Assembly (NCBI GenBank): GCA_951804945.1
Contig: OX638151.1
Location: 79,484,001-79,548,000 of the forward strand
Source of the DNA: Podarcis cretensis
Lineage: Eukaryota
DNA: 64,000 nt
Direction of reading: 5' to 3'
Shown here one piece after another: positions 12,182 through 25,506 of this stretch (position 1 is the stretch's first letter; each line of letters starts with the position of its first letter). The notes beneath the pieces were generated by a model, which was not told the DNA's origin, did no database searches, and saw only the letters and a list, made by a program, of their open reading frames with translations. The position numbers were made by a program, and so were the translations under genes.

Positions 12182-13514
12182 TAATTGGTTTTAGCACCTT
12201 TCTGGAAAGCTACATATTCAGGATTAAACAAATCCCAAATTTCACAGCTGTAGAGGTATGGCTTCTCCTCCTTTCTTGACAAGATGCACCACAGATAAAG
12301 ATAAATTACATTTTGATTTTATTTGTTAATGAAATTCTGAGTACCTGAGACTCTTGATGCATGTTGAAAACCACCTGGCAAAGACAGTGGCCAACCATCT
12401 GCAATGTAGCATTTATGCTTGGGCACCTGCAAGAGAGGCAGAATAATCATCAGACCTTAAGGAGAAATGCAAAAACAGCAGGGATAATAGCTGGGGAGGA
12501 ACTTAGATAGGATATGGTCAATATTAAGAATATGGATTTGGCTAAAGTGAGGGGGAAGCTTTAGGATGGAGAAACACAGAAAAACAATTTGTGTGTTTTG
12601 CAACTAGGGATGTAAGAAGTCAATGATTTCCATTCTGACCCATGTTCATCACATGCAGTCCTGTTTCCATTCCATTAATGTTTGGTTTCCAACAAAAAAA
12701 CTATATGATTCATCTTGCTGTCCCTTGTGGTAGAAAGTATGTAATTATATTATGATTACCATTATTCTACCATTAGCATTATTTCACCTTTACCATTATT
12801 CATTTCATTGTAAAGGAAATACAGTGTGCATTGGGGTGGGCAGGCCATTAATTGTGTATTGTTTGTGAACTGAAAAAACAACAACATAGAATACCAGTCA
12901 TATTTGATTAATTCCTGTTCCCGACATGGGCAAATTAGCAAACGTTGGCAATCTCCACTCCTATTTCCATTTCTGTTGGATTTCCCCCACATCCCAATTT
13001 GCAGTTCTGGGAAATCAAGGTTCCGAAACACACATGAGTCTTTACTTTTTCAGTGCTCTTCATTGAAGACATGGAGAGTGATGGGCATGGGAGTATCATG
13101 AACGTACCTATGCACATTTTCCAGGAGGGATCCTGTAAATACCTAGCCTTGCTAGCAGTAATCCTTTCTTCCACAAATTTGGCCTCAAGCAGCATGGCTT
13201 TATATACCTCAGTCCTGTCAGCTCCTTTTCTGGTTAGTTGAGCAGCTTGAGGAAGCAAAGACAATGCAGAGACTGGGTGGGGACATGGCCTTAAAGGCCC
13301 AGAATCATGCCTGTATTACACAATGTTTGGTAAGAAGGTACTAACAATTATTGACTAGGAAGTGCTCATTGGGCTGATGACATCCAGCAGGTATTGATCC
13401 TGTTCCACTTTGGGGCAGTCAGCTGGTGTCTCTGTCTGTCTTAAACTGTAACACAGGGATGAGGAACCTGGGGTGCTCCAGGAACTGCTGGGTTACAACT
13501 CCCATCATAACTGA

Positions 13515-14172
13515 TAGGGGGGGGGGAGAGAAATTCAATTCAGGTCTCATTTGATGTCAAATCTATCAAATCTGCACTTTCCAAAACAATATGCTATCTG
13601 AAACACAGATAGCCGTTGCAATTTGTACTTATCTGAACTATACGGTATAGTTCTCTACCCAAACAAGAACTACAAAAATGATTATTTTTTTAAGGGAAAG
13701 TGTGCTTAAAAATGAAGATATTAGTGAAGGTAACAGACAGTGTGGTGTAGTGGTTAAGAGCAGTAGACTCATAATCTGATGAACCGGGTTCGCATCTCCG
13801 CTCCTCCACATGCAGCTGCTGGGTGACCTTGGGCTAGTCACACTTCTTTGAGGTCTCTCAGCGCCACTCACCTCACAGAGTGTTTGTTGTGGGGGAGGAA
13901 GGGAAAGGAAAATGTTAGCCGCTTTGAGACTCCTTCGGGTAGTGATAAAACGGGATATCAAATTCAAACCCTTCATCAGGGAAATTGCTTGCATTGTACA
14001 ATTGTACATTGGTCAAAGTGCACATGACAATGAAATTCACACTAAAATGTTGGTGGATTTTCATGTGGATTTTCTTAAAATCACAAATTGGTGTAAAATA
14101 TGCAGAATTTAATTTAAGACTAGAAAAATGAGAAACTGAGATAATTGAAACTGACAGGTCCTTCCATCCCTA
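13515..14172. mobile_element. Non-autonomous hAT-like DNA transposon, interrupted by a SINE
   Basis: Termini TAGGG...CCCTA; diverged 8-bp TSD ATAACTGA/ATCCTTGA; splits a palindromic MITE. Confidence 0.6.
13736..13975 (+). mobile_element. tRNA-derived SINE (Squam3-like)
   Basis: Box A TGGTGTAGTGG and box B GGTTCGCATCT, then gggtgaccttgggctagtcac core and ...gggatatcaaat tail. Sister copy at 22387-22632. Confidence 0.85.
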
Positions 14173-14549
14173 ATCCTTGACCATTAGCCATGCTGCATGG
14201 ATCTGAAGGGAATTGTAGTTTTTTAAATTACTCTTCCTGATCTTTTCAAAGAAAGCTCTTGCAATACCAATTACATATAAAACAGGTTCATCCAGTGGAA
14301 AAATCAGTTTTACATAATTCAGCAAACCCAGTATGCAATCTGCTTTAAGATTTCATTTCAATTTATTTCCATGCAAAAGCAGTCTCAAGTTTTGCTCCTC
14401 TATATTGGGAGAAGTAGTCCCATGTGATGCTGATGAATAAATGCTCCATGCAAGATTGAAATTTCACCTGGAATTTTGTCCCTTGGGAACTGTGGTTAAT
14501 GCTTCTAGAATGTACACTAATTGGTCTGATAAATCATCCACTCAACACA

Positions 14550-14557
14550 GAAAGAAA

Positions 14558-14597
<40 letters not shown>
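14550..14597 (+). repeat. (AAAG)n microsatellite
   Basis: Direct reading. Confidence 0.95.
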
Positions 14598-14598
<1 letters not shown>

Positions 14599-14968
14599 GC
14601 AATATTTGAAGAAAATGTGCAGAACTAGATTGTGGGCTCTGGGCGGAGGTCATGAAGGCTCAAAACCTCCACATTAAAACCATCTGCCAAAGGAATATAA
14701 AAACCAAGCTTGGAAGCTGTAGCAAAATTACTAGAGCAGTGCTCTGCCTCCTGGAGTCTCCTTATAAAGTGCTTGCCAAATGGAACAAAGAAAGCAGATT
14801 CCCAAATTAAAGGAAGGTTAAATGCTCTTTGGTCTTTATAGCTGGTATAAATGATTAAAGAGGTCTCTTTAAATGTTCTTTGTTTATCCCAGTGTTTAAC
14901 AATGTATTATTGAGACCTTAGGGATCCTTTTGGCTCTGTTTGCATTATGATATATGATTCTCATCAGT

Positions 14969-14970
<2 letters not shown>

Positions 14971-15006
<36 letters not shown>

Positions 15007-15035
15007 AGGTGTGTGTATGTGTGTGTGAGAGAGAG
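14971..15035 (+). repeat. (TG)n/(GA)n compound microsatellite
   Basis: Direct reading. Confidence 0.95.
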
Positions 15036-15865
15036 GGGAGACTGGCTGCCTCCCAACACAGTAAAGAACACAATCTTGGGAGGATCCCACTGGGTTTGTT
15101 TTGGTTTTCATCTCAAGCACCCACCGTGAATCAATATGGTTCACAGAGGCTTTCTCCAGTAACTCAAAAGCAGTTGACGCATTAGGATGCATTAGTACAG
15201 AGAGAAGAGGGAGGAGGGGGGCTGGAGATGTCAAGAAACATGTAAAAATATTGCAGTGTTTACTCCTGTGATTTGGTGAATAATAACCCAGGTGATAACG
15301 CAGCAAGCGGAGTTCCGCAGAGCATGTTATGTGCCATGAGGCAGATGTAATCATTCGGTTCTGATATTTCAACCCTCATTTACTATCAGCACTTCTCAAG
15401 CCAGATATATGCCATAGCACACCATTCCCTCTCCATCACGTTCATGCAGTTTGGCTTTCACCTTGTGCTGTACCAAGAGACTGACAAGGGCAGAGCCCTG
15501 TTCAAATGGTCCCTTCGCCTCTTCTGTCACCTGGCTCCATCTTGCCAAGGGTTTGTCATTCTGACATTTTTCCATGCTATAACTTAGAAGTCCTTCACTG
15601 GGCTCAAAAGCACTGCTGGCAGTGCTGTGTTTAGTCTGCTTTATTGCTGCAAAAGTACAACAAAACTTACACATTGTGCACGTTGCCCCTTTGACTAAAT
15701 TAGCATGATCTCTGATGGAGAATATGCTTCTGAGATTACTTTCAGATGATTTGTTTATTTAGCATTCATCCTGATTTGTTGCTACAGAGTTTGAGAGGAG
15801 GTTAGGTGACACTGCCAATTTACTGAGCATTCATACTGTATGTGGGGAAGTTAAATGATCTTACA

Positions 15866-16216
15866 AGGGAGTGGGTGGCACTGTAGTCCAAACCACTGAG
15901 CCTCTTGGGCTTGCTGATCAGAAGGTTGGCATTTCGAATCCGCGTGATGGGGTGAGCTCCCATTGCTCTGTCCCAGCTTCTGCCAACCTAGCAGTTCAAA
16001 CACACACCAGTGCAAGTAGATAAATAGGTACTGCTTCGAGGGAAGGTAAATGGCATTTCCGTGCGCTCTGGTTTCTGTCTCAGTTTTCCATTGCACCAGA
16101 AGCGGCTTAGTCATGCTGGCCACATGACATGGAAAGCTGCCTGTGGACAAACACCAGCTCTCTTGGCCTGAAGCAAGATTTGACTGGACTTAACCATCCA
16201 GGGTTCCTTTACATTT
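15866..16216 (+). mobile_element. Sauria SINE (older copy); its tail continues at 16541-16549
   Basis: Head gggtggcactgtag and body gccaacctagcagttc...gcaagtagataaatagg. Outer TSD TAAATGATCTTACA (15852-15865) / TAAATGATGTGACA (16550-16563). Confidence 0.9.
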
Positions 16217-16540
16217 AAAAGGTAAAGGTAAAGGGACCCTGACCATTAGGTCCAGTCTCACTTTACTGGCCAAGGGAGCTGGCGTACAGCTTCCAGGTCA
16301 TGTGGCCAGCATGACTAAGCTGCTTCTGGTGAACAAGTGCAGCACACAGAAACACCGTTTACTTTCCCACTGGAGCAGTACCTATTTATCTACTTGCACT
16401 TTGAAGTGCTTTCGAACTGCTAGGTGGGCAGGAGGAGGGACCGAGCAACAGGAGCTCATCCCATTGCGGGGATTCAAACCGCCGACCTTCTGATCAGCAA
16501 GTCCTAGGTTCTGTGGTTTAACCCACAGCGCCACCCGCGT
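16217..16540 (-). mobile_element. Sauria SINE inserted antisense into the tail of the preceding SINE
   Basis: (AAAGGT)n tail at left, head ...cacagcgccacccgcgt at right; CCTTTAC present on both sides. Confidence 0.9.
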
Positions 16541-16603
16541 ACCTTTACCTAAATGATGTGACATCAAGTAAATGTTATGCCACATTTCTTTTCTTCCTTT
16601 ATT

Positions 16604-17063
16604 TGTTGTTGTTGTTGTTGTTTAGTCGTTTAGTCGTTTAGTCGTGTCCGACTCTTTGTGCCTCCATGGACCAGAGCACGCCAGGCACTCCTATCTTCCA
16701 CTGCCTCCCGCAGTTTGGTCAAACTCATGCTGGTAGCTTCGAGAACACTGTCCAACCATCTCGTCCTCTGTCGTCTCCTTTTCCTTGTGCCCTCCATCTT
16801 TCCCAACATCAGGGTCTTTTCCAGGGAGTCTTCTCTTCTCATGAGGTGGTCAAAGTATTGGAGCCTCAGCTTCAGGATCTGTCCTTCCAGTGAGCACTCA
16901 GGGTTGATTTCCTTAAGAATGGAGAGGTTTGATCTTCTTGCAGTCCATGGGACTCTCAAGAGTCTTCTCCAGCACCATAATTCAAAAGCATCAATTCTTC
17001 GGCAATCAGCCTTCTTTATGGTCCAGCTCTCATTTCCATACATCACTACTGGGAAAACCGTAG
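16604..17063 (-). mobile_element. BovB (RTE-clade) LINE, 5'-truncated
   Basis: Encodes MYGNESWTIKKADCRRIDAFELWCWRRLLRVPWTARRSN...LRLQYF.HLMRREDSLEKTLMLGK. (CAA)n tail. 11-bp TSD CTTCCTTTATT at 16593-16603 and 17064-17074. Confidence 0.96.
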
Positions 17064-18550
17064 CTTCCTTTATTAGATTGGTGTATAGAATTGGTAGGCC
17101 CTTTTAAAAAAAGCCACATGGTTAAATGTTGCTATTTATTCATGTATACAAACAGAATGGAGTATATCAAGTCCTGGGGCCAAATGTGGCTCTCGAAACC
17201 TTTCTATCTGGCCCTTGGGACTCTCCCCAGGCCATGCCCTCTTCCCATGTTATACCCCTTACTGCCGCTACTTAGCACCTTCCCTGACTCAAATTTGTCC
17301 TTCAACTCTGATGATGCATTTTGATTGATTGGATGGAAAATAGGGGGGGGGGTGTATACCTCTGGTCCTGCTCACCTTGGAATGCTTCTCAAAAGAAAAT
17401 GCAATCGATGAATCAAGGAATCTACCCTTGATTCAAAACATTTCATACTCACTGGTTAAACCTACAGAAACATTACTTCCTACTACCTAGCATTAAAAGC
17501 ATTGGTGCACATATTAGAGGCATTGTCATTCTATTCCGTGGTGAAGATACTTTTACAAACATGCACACAGAAGCATGTTGATCAAATGTAGGCCATGACA
17601 TTAGGGACAGGAAACCCACAAAGCTCCAGCTATTGTGGACCGCAGCTCCCTTAATCCATGGCCCAATCAGCCATACCGGCTAGGGCAGAGGGGACTTGGA
17701 GTCCACCCACAGCTGAAGGACCACAGGTTTGCAATCTGTACATTACATGCTGAAAGAGCTCTACTTTAATCCTTGGCAGCTCCATTCAAAGGATCTGGGA
17801 TAGCCTGTCAAATATGCCTGGAGAATAAGTGTATGTATGTGTCGCTCCTCTGATTCTGGGTACATGTATCATGTTGTATATATCCTCAGCACAAGGAGTT
17901 ATTTCGCAGGCTGGTATTTCAATGACATTCAGAATCTCTGCTATGCTACTCTTTGAGAATGGCAACCTTTGCTAGTTCCATGCATGTCATAGCACAAAGC
18001 AGTGAGAGAACGGCTGTTGAGAGGTGCCATCTAGACACCTAGAAAGAGAAATTGCCTGTTCTCCCTTCCTTCGTTGACAGCCACCCCCTGGGTCATGTGC
18101 CAATCCAAAGGTAAGCTTTTCAGCATTTGGAGAAACCTTTTTCTGCTGTCCTTTAGGACTCCTGACATTAAAAAAAGAGCAAAAATCATACAAGTATAAA
18201 TTTAAAAGACTGTGTAACATGTCTCAAAAGCAGTACACAAACTCCCTTTGGAACAACCATTTAGACCTTACACCTCTGTCTCAAACTAATATCTGTAAAA
18301 TAGAGATCCATAAACCAAGCCATTAACACAGAAGATGGAGTCTTACTTGAACCTACTTCTTTCAGAAACTAACATATATACTTTTTACAGAAATATAAGG
18401 TAAAGAATAAAGAAAATGATATAACCTCATGGTCTATTGACTTTTTATGTTTGAACACTGCAGAAAAATACTATTGAGGCTTCCTCTCTGGCCAAATGCA
18501 ACTAAGAGACCAAATAGCCTCCTCTGCCTTTATTACCACTAAGTATCTAC

Positions 18551-18910
18551 GCAGGTGGCGCTGTGGGTTAAAGCCTCAGCGCCTAGGACTTGCCGATCGA
18601 AAGGTCGGCGGTTCGAATCCCTGCGGCGGGGTGCGCTCCCGCTGCTCGGTCCCAGCGCCTGCCAACCTAGCAGTTCGAAAGCACCTCCGGGTGCAAATAG
18701 ATAAATAGGGACCGCTTACCAGCGGGAAGGTAAACGGCGTTTCCGTGTGCGGCTCTGGCTCGCCAGATGCAGCTTTGTCACGCTGGCCACGTGACCCGGA
18801 AGTGTCTCCGGACAGCGCTGGCCCCTGGCCTCTTGAGTGAGATGGGCGCACAACCCCAGAGTCTGTCAAGACTGGCCCGTACGGGCAGGGGTACCTTTAC
18901 CTTTTACCTT
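18551..18910 (+). mobile_element. Sauria SINE, young CpG-rich copy
   Basis: Box B GGTTCGAATCC, intact CpGs, (ACCTTT)n tail, TSD TATCTAC at 18544-18550 and 18911-18917. Confidence 0.95.
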
Positions 18911-21796
18911 TATCTACAGGACTGTATGAAGAAATCCATTGCATCCCAAGGGGCTCTTTATTTGGCAAAATGTCTCCAATTACTGATGTGTAATAGCCAT
19001 GTATTACATCACAAGTAGTTTATTTAATATATAAAAGACTTTGGCTACCGTCAAGTGCATACTTATAAAATGCATACATCTTTCTCATTAGAAACAAACA
19101 CACACATGCTCTACTACAACATGGGGCTCGTAATCCAGATCTTCATTAAGACCTTCATTAAGAGGTCTATTTCCAGTGGTTTTATATTGGATTTTATCTC
19201 ATCACTATGCGTGGTTTATCTGCATTGTGGTTTTTTCATGTGTTGGAAACTGCCCTGCAATTACTATGCAATGAAGAAGGGTGCTATATAAATCTGGTTA
19301 ATAAAGAACAAGCATACGTCAGACCTTAAATCAGGGGTGTGGAATCGAGTCCCCCCCCCCACCTTCCGGGGCCCTCAGCACTGATTCAGAGTGGTGCTGC
19401 TGCCACCAGACCCTACCAAGAAGGATGAGGTTCAGCAGAGGGAACTTTAAACTTCAACAAAGGTATTCCTTCAACCCATTGCTTACTTGACACACAAATA
19501 AACAAATGTATGTAAAGTGGATCAATGGGCATGGTATAGCCCCCTATGCATACATTTTAACTGCATGTTATAAAGAACATTACTGTGGGGTTCATCACTC
19601 ACTGGTACTCACCTGCACATCAGTGCTCCTTCTTTCACTTTTCATTTCACAAGACACCCAAAACTGGATAATTTCAGCACATAGACTAGAGTGCATGATT
19701 CAGACAGAAAATGGGTATTTGACAATGACACTTGGGAAATATAATTCAGGGGTAAGAATAAGCACACAGGCTTGAAATTACCCAGACAATGTATCTCTCA
19801 GCTTTAGAAACTAAATGCACAGGAACAGCTTCAGAAAATTGTGACATAAAATTAGAGATGTGGAAATGGTGACACTCCCCCGCTAACTGGTTGGCGGCGA
19901 GGAGCCTGCCATAGCCACTCGATTCAGGCAAGTGTTATGGAGATACTGCAGATGGATGGCCATCAATCCTCTTCAGTGGGAGATTTTACACTTCATAAAG
20001 ATGCCAAAACCCCCTCAGAACCAATTCCCCGAGTCTCTGAGAAATACATACCTTTCTGCAGAGTTTTATGTAATCATCTAAGGCAGAGATGTGGCCCTCC
20101 AGCTGATGATGGACTACAATCCCATTATTCCTGACCACTGGCCATACAGCTGGAGCTGATGAGAGCCAGAGTCCAACAACATCTGGAGGGTCACAGTTAT
20201 CCCACCCCTGGAGGGAAGTGTCACTCTTTAAATGGAAAAAAAAGAAAAAAATACTATATGTATTTTGGTACAGACTCCCAGCCACCCAGTTGCAAAAGTC
20301 AAGGACCCCTGCCCCAGGAGGAATGGTTTTCAACTGCTGAGACATGGAGATGGAATGATATTGATGGATAATTTCAAGGATTTAAAAAAATGGGCTTGAG
20401 AGAAGATATAGCTTCTGAGCTCACAATGCATTTGAATGCATAATGTACATTTAAAAACGGAGAACGGTAATAGAGGTGCAAGAGGGAAAATGGCATATGC
20501 TAGGTTGGGAGGTTTGGGCTCTCTATAATAAGTAGACAAATGCTTGGTTTAGGTCTTCCCCCCCCCCCCCCGCCCTTAGAGAAGGAAGGGTCTTTTGGAG
20601 AAAGGAGAAAACAAGATAGGGTTCCAATAGCCATCAATAAACACCTCTGTGAAGAAAATTTCATCTTTAGAAAACCTTCTGTTTGCAGAGAAAGTGTGAG
20701 GTACCTGAAGCCTGAGCTGTCAAGCAGAGCTGTGCACACATGGCCTTTTGAAACTCTACCTTATTTGTATAAGAGATGTGGTGGCTGGAGGCACCCTTTC
20801 ATTGAATTTCTCCATGGTGGGGATCAGTAAATTTTCAGGGAAGGTCACACCACTAGCAATGGCTGTAGCTCTGAGAAATTTTGTCTTCGTTTTACTCTCA
20901 GGCCTTAAAAATCAAAAAGCAAGTTAGGGAAAGCAAATTAATGTTAGCAATCCTGATTTTAAAGTAGGCAGGCTTTAAAAGCATGAGCAATTCTCTCTCT
21001 TTCAGAAGCCTCCCACAGCTCATCCCCACAATAAGATGTTGGGATCGTTTACCTTAACAGAAGTATGCAGCTTGTGGGAATCAGTTTTCACACAATTAAT
21101 ATAATGATGTTCAACATACTTGCCTTAACTTCAATTGCCTAATTTCACACAACTAATCTGAAAGGACAATTTGAATTATAATTATGTTGATAGTTACATT
21201 TTTCTCTTCCTCTCCCCCTCATTTTCAAACATAAGCCCGCCCACATGCAGTATTATTATCTTTCTGACATCAGCTCTGCTTGAATTATTTCCACTTACAA
21301 CATTGTGTAAGGAAAAGGAGCTTCAGATTTCAAAGAGATGTAATTTCAGGGAAAATAAATGAGAACGTAAGAAGAGATTTGCTGGATCAGGCCAAAGGCC
21401 CACCTGGCCCACCATCCTGTTCACACAATAGCCAATCAGATGCCTGTGCAGGACCCGAGTAGAATAACACTTTCGTCACTTGTGATTTCCAGGAACTGGT
21501 ATTCAGAGGCAGATTGCCTGTGTCAGTGGAAGACAAAAGCAGATATCAGAACAGTTTGATTTTCTTATAAAGCCATCCAACTTGGTGGCCATCGTCACAT
21601 CTTGTGGAAGTGAATTCCAAAGCTTAATAATTGCTTTGAGGTTTTTTTTATATTCAAGTGGTGTATAAATTTTATGGAAGAAATAATAAATAAATAAAAC
21701 AATAAATGTGCTGTGTGAAGAGGTACTTCATTGTATCTGTCCTGAATTTTCCAACCTTCAGTTTCAGTGGATGACCTGGGTTCTATGAGAAAGGGA

Positions 21797-22228
21797 NNNN
21801 NNNNNNNNNNNNNNNNNNNNNNNNNNNNNNNNNNNNNNNNNNNNNNNNNNNNNNNNNNNNNNNNNNNNNNNNNNNNNNNNNNNNNNNNNNNNNNNNNNNN
21901 NNNNNNNNNNNNNNNNNNNNNNNNNNNNNNNNNNNNNNNNNNNNNNNNNNNNNNNNNNNNNNNNNNNNNNNNNNNNNNNNNNNNNNNNNNNNNNNNNNNN
22001 NNNNNNNNNNNNNNNNNNNNNNNNNNNNNNNNNNNNNNNNNNNNNNNNNNNNNNNNNNNNNNNNNNNNNNNNNNNNNNNNNNNNNNNNNNNNNNNNNNNN
22101 NNNNNNNNNNNNNNNNNNNNNNNNNNNNNNNNNNNNNNNNNNNNNNNNNNNNNNNNNNNNNNNNNNNNNNNNNNNNNNNNNNNNNNNNNNNNNNNNNNNN
22201 NNNNNNNNNNNNNNNNNNNNNNNNNNNN
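21797..22228. other. Assembly gap (432 N)
   Basis: Run of N. Confidence 1.
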
Positions 22229-22386
22229 CCACCACACCATAGGCTGACATCTTCATCAAGCTACCCACGATAACCCAAACCTTATTCTTGGTCAATTACT
22301 GCCAATTCAGATTCCATTAGCATATATTTCTAAATAGTTTTTATTTGATTGTTCTAATATGCATCCCTTTATATTTGCTTACATTG

Positions 22387-22632
22387 AACTGCATTTGCCA
22401 TTTTAGTAGAGTTTGGATTTGATATCCCACTTTATCACTACCCTAAGGAGTCTCAAAGTGGCTAACATTCTGCTTTCCCTTCCTCCCCTCTGTGAGGTGA
22501 GTGAGGTTGAGAGACTTTAGAGAAGTGTGACTAGCCCAAGGTCACCCAGCAGCTGCATGTGGAGGAGCAGGGAAGCGAACCCGGTTCACCAGATTATGAG
22601 ACTACCACTCTTAACCACTACACCACACTCTC
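22387..22632 (-). mobile_element. tRNA-derived SINE (Squam3-like) nested in CR1
   Basis: Reverse complement of the 13736-13975 element. Confidence 0.85.
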
Positions 22633-24978
22633 CATAAGCATAGTTTGGAGACATCCTTTTGGATCTTGCAATCCTTTTTTGTTCAAACAGATCTGAACAA
22701 TTTGGTATAACCAGCAAACTTGCCTACCTGACTGCTCACCCCTAACTCTAAATAATTTGTGAAGAAGTTACAAAGCACAGTTCTGGCTAACTCATCCTAA
22801 GGGTACTCTGCTTTTTTCACATCCATCTACTGGAGAACTGTACATTTATTCCTAAACTCTGTTTCCTGTTCTTTAGTCACTTACCAATCTACAAGAGGAC
22901 TTTTCTTACTCCATGACTGCAAACATTACTCAGAAATCTTTGATGGGGTACTTTACCAAAAACTTTTTGACAGTCCAAGTACACTACATCAACCATATCA
23001 CCTCACCTTAAATGCTTGTTGATCCTCTCAAAGAACTCTGAAGGGTTAATGATACAGCACTGACCCCTGTAGAAGCTATGCTGGTTTTGCTGCAACAAAA
23101 CCTGTTTTTCTGTACCCTTGGTAATTCAACCTTTAATAAGGTTTTCCACCAGTTTTCCCAGAGTAGACATTAAGGTAGCTAGCCTGTAATTTCCAGGTCC
23201 CCTGTGGATCCCGGTTTTTTTTAATAAATTGGCATTGTATTGGCCACTTTCTAGTCCTCAGGTATGGAGGATAAACAAGTTTAATATTTTTGTTAGAAGA
23301 TCAGCAATTTCATATTTACATTTAATAACTCTCAGGGGAGTGCTATGCTTTTGTCTCTCATCACCACTATTTGCCTCGGTTCCTCAGATTTCCTTCCTGA
23401 GAAAATTTGTTCAGGCACAGAGATCTGAACAAATCAAAATCAACAAGCTTCCTCCTTTCATGACAGCAGGAGAATATAAGGCATCAAAGTGAAAGGTGTA
23501 TTTTCTGACATGTGTTCACATCCAGTGACTCCCTCTCTCAGAATGTGTGAGTCCATTTACTAGCAGCTAAATTCTGCAGATACAACTGTGACTTTCAAAA
23601 TGCAAGCTACAGAATAATTCTCATGTTATGTTTTGCCCAAACTAAGACTCCAGTGCTGCATCCTTAGTACCCACTGTAATAAACAGGATGGCAATAAGGA
23701 TACCTCTACAGCTCTGGTATGTTGGATATATCCTAGTCTGGAACAGAACCACCTTATCATAGGGTTGGAAGGGACAAGATGGAGCTTTTTTGGGGGAGGG
23801 GTAAATAGGAGATGAATCAGAAGGAATGGTTTGGGGAATGACTAGAGGATGGGCTGAAGGAATGAAGACAGCAGGTCTCCCCAAGAAACAGACCTGTTTG
23901 GACTTGAAAGAAGATAACAGGGGAAGGGGAGAGTGTGGAGTTGGCCAGTGGATGGGCTTGCCAGAAAAGGGGGGTGAGGCTTAATGCTTTTGTAATCGAG
24001 AAAGCCAACTAATTCTAGTTTTGTCCCTAACCTCCTCTCTACTGAGTTCTTCAAGAGGCAATACTGAGACTAAAGAGTGGGAAGCTGAGAAGCAGTGCCA
24101 CCCCTTGGAGTAGTTGTTAGTAAGAAGGCAGGCAGGTGGGGGCTGGCTGAGGGTAGATTTAGGTTGGTGGGGTAGTGCCTCATTTGCCCTAAAATATCCA
24201 CCTCCGCTGCTTAATTCAGATTATGAGGCCAACCTTCCACTTGTGCAGACAATAGAAGTTCATACAAAATTGGCATATTTTAAAAAAGGCTCCTTTCCCC
24301 AACCTTTCTCTTGGCAAAGAAGATACAATGTGCTATTTAGCTCTCCGTGACTAGGACTGTTGTCTATTTCAAGTGGAGTCTGACATTTTTAACTATGCTT
24401 CCCAGCAGGGAAACTCTGCAGTGCAGAATCCTAGAGGGAATTAAAGAATTGGTTTCCTGATTAGAAACCTTTGGGAAGATTGTTACAAAGTAAATGCTGT
24501 AATTTCCACAAAAAAGAAGAAAAAAAACTGGTCGGCTGAGTTAATCAGTAGTACTGTAGAGTTTTTTTTGCTGCCAATGATACTTCAAAACATCTTTAGA
24601 ATGTGGTGATCTTGCTGCTCTGCATTATTTAGGTTTTGTTCTTTTAAGATGACAGTTTCCTTTCAGTTTAACACAGTCTATTATTATCATCGAGACACTT
24701 TCAAATATCCTATGGTATTTACTTTTCCTAATTGGACGTACTGCTCAGAATTAAATTGACAGCTCATGTTCCTTCCATTTCAATTTCATAAGCTTAATGT
24801 TGGACTCATATCTGTTATGGAAAGCATTCATAATAAAAAATGAAAAAAAAAAGAGTTGGATCAATACATGTAGTGTAGGTTTCAGCTGGGAAAACATCTT
24901 ATTAGAAATGTATTTTTAAACGTACAGTGTTGCTTTCCCTTTTTGTAGCTTTAATTTGGTTTAAGGAACCTGGGATAG

Positions 24979-24979
<1 letters not shown>

Positions 24980-25023
<44 letters not shown>

Positions 25024-25170
25024 TACATATTCCCATTCCACCTTTTTAGCACTGCAGAACTCAAGGCAGCATACATGGGGTTCCCAGGTTACCTCCCACC
25101 CAGGCACTGACCCTACCTAGACCTGTTTAGCTTCAACAAAATTTCTGTGCTCCATGTGCCTTTAGATCAG
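24980..25170 (-). mobile_element. 5S rRNA-derived SINE (SINE3-type) with (TAA)n tail
   Basis: Minus strand gaagctaaacagg...gggtgggaggtaacctgggaa aligns without gaps to the 5S internal control region (38/54 by hand). Second copy at ~31480-31625. Confidence 0.65.
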
Positions 25171-25506
25171 GGGTAGTCAAATTGGTAGACCCTGGCCCCA
25201 GACAGCCCCCAGCAACACAGCCAATGGTGAGGGAAGATGGGAGCTGTAGTCCAACAACATCTGGAGAGCCACTACCTACCCTTGCTGAAGACCATGCTCA
25301 GGTTTTCATATATGTTGCACCACCATAAAGAAACACAGCTACAAAGGAATAACAACAGTCTTCTTAGAGCATGCTTATACAGAAATGTAGTCGGGTTACA
25401 TCTTTCTGTGTCACCAGTGTGCATGTGGCACATTACTAGCATAGGAAGAGGCATGTCCAGGTGCCTATGAACTTGCAGTCTAAAGCTAGATGTGAATAAA
25501 TGGGAT

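Larger units (their letters stand above)
21362..23330 (-). mobile_element. Old CR1 LINE 3' portion, broken by an assembly gap and a SINE
   Basis: Reverse 3' end (aagaagag..tgctggatcaggccaaaggccc) and RT-region antisense motifs (ttgaactgcatttgcca, cagcaaacttg, aaactttttgacagtccaagta, agcctgtaatttccagg). Confidence 0.8.

Noticed and set aside
13736-13812. Functional tRNA gene (CTCATAA loop)
   Set aside because: No proper acceptor stem, and it continues into a SINE body with a second copy in the window.
21764-22295. Long X-filled ORFs (also 39745-39985)
   Set aside because: Artefacts of N gaps.
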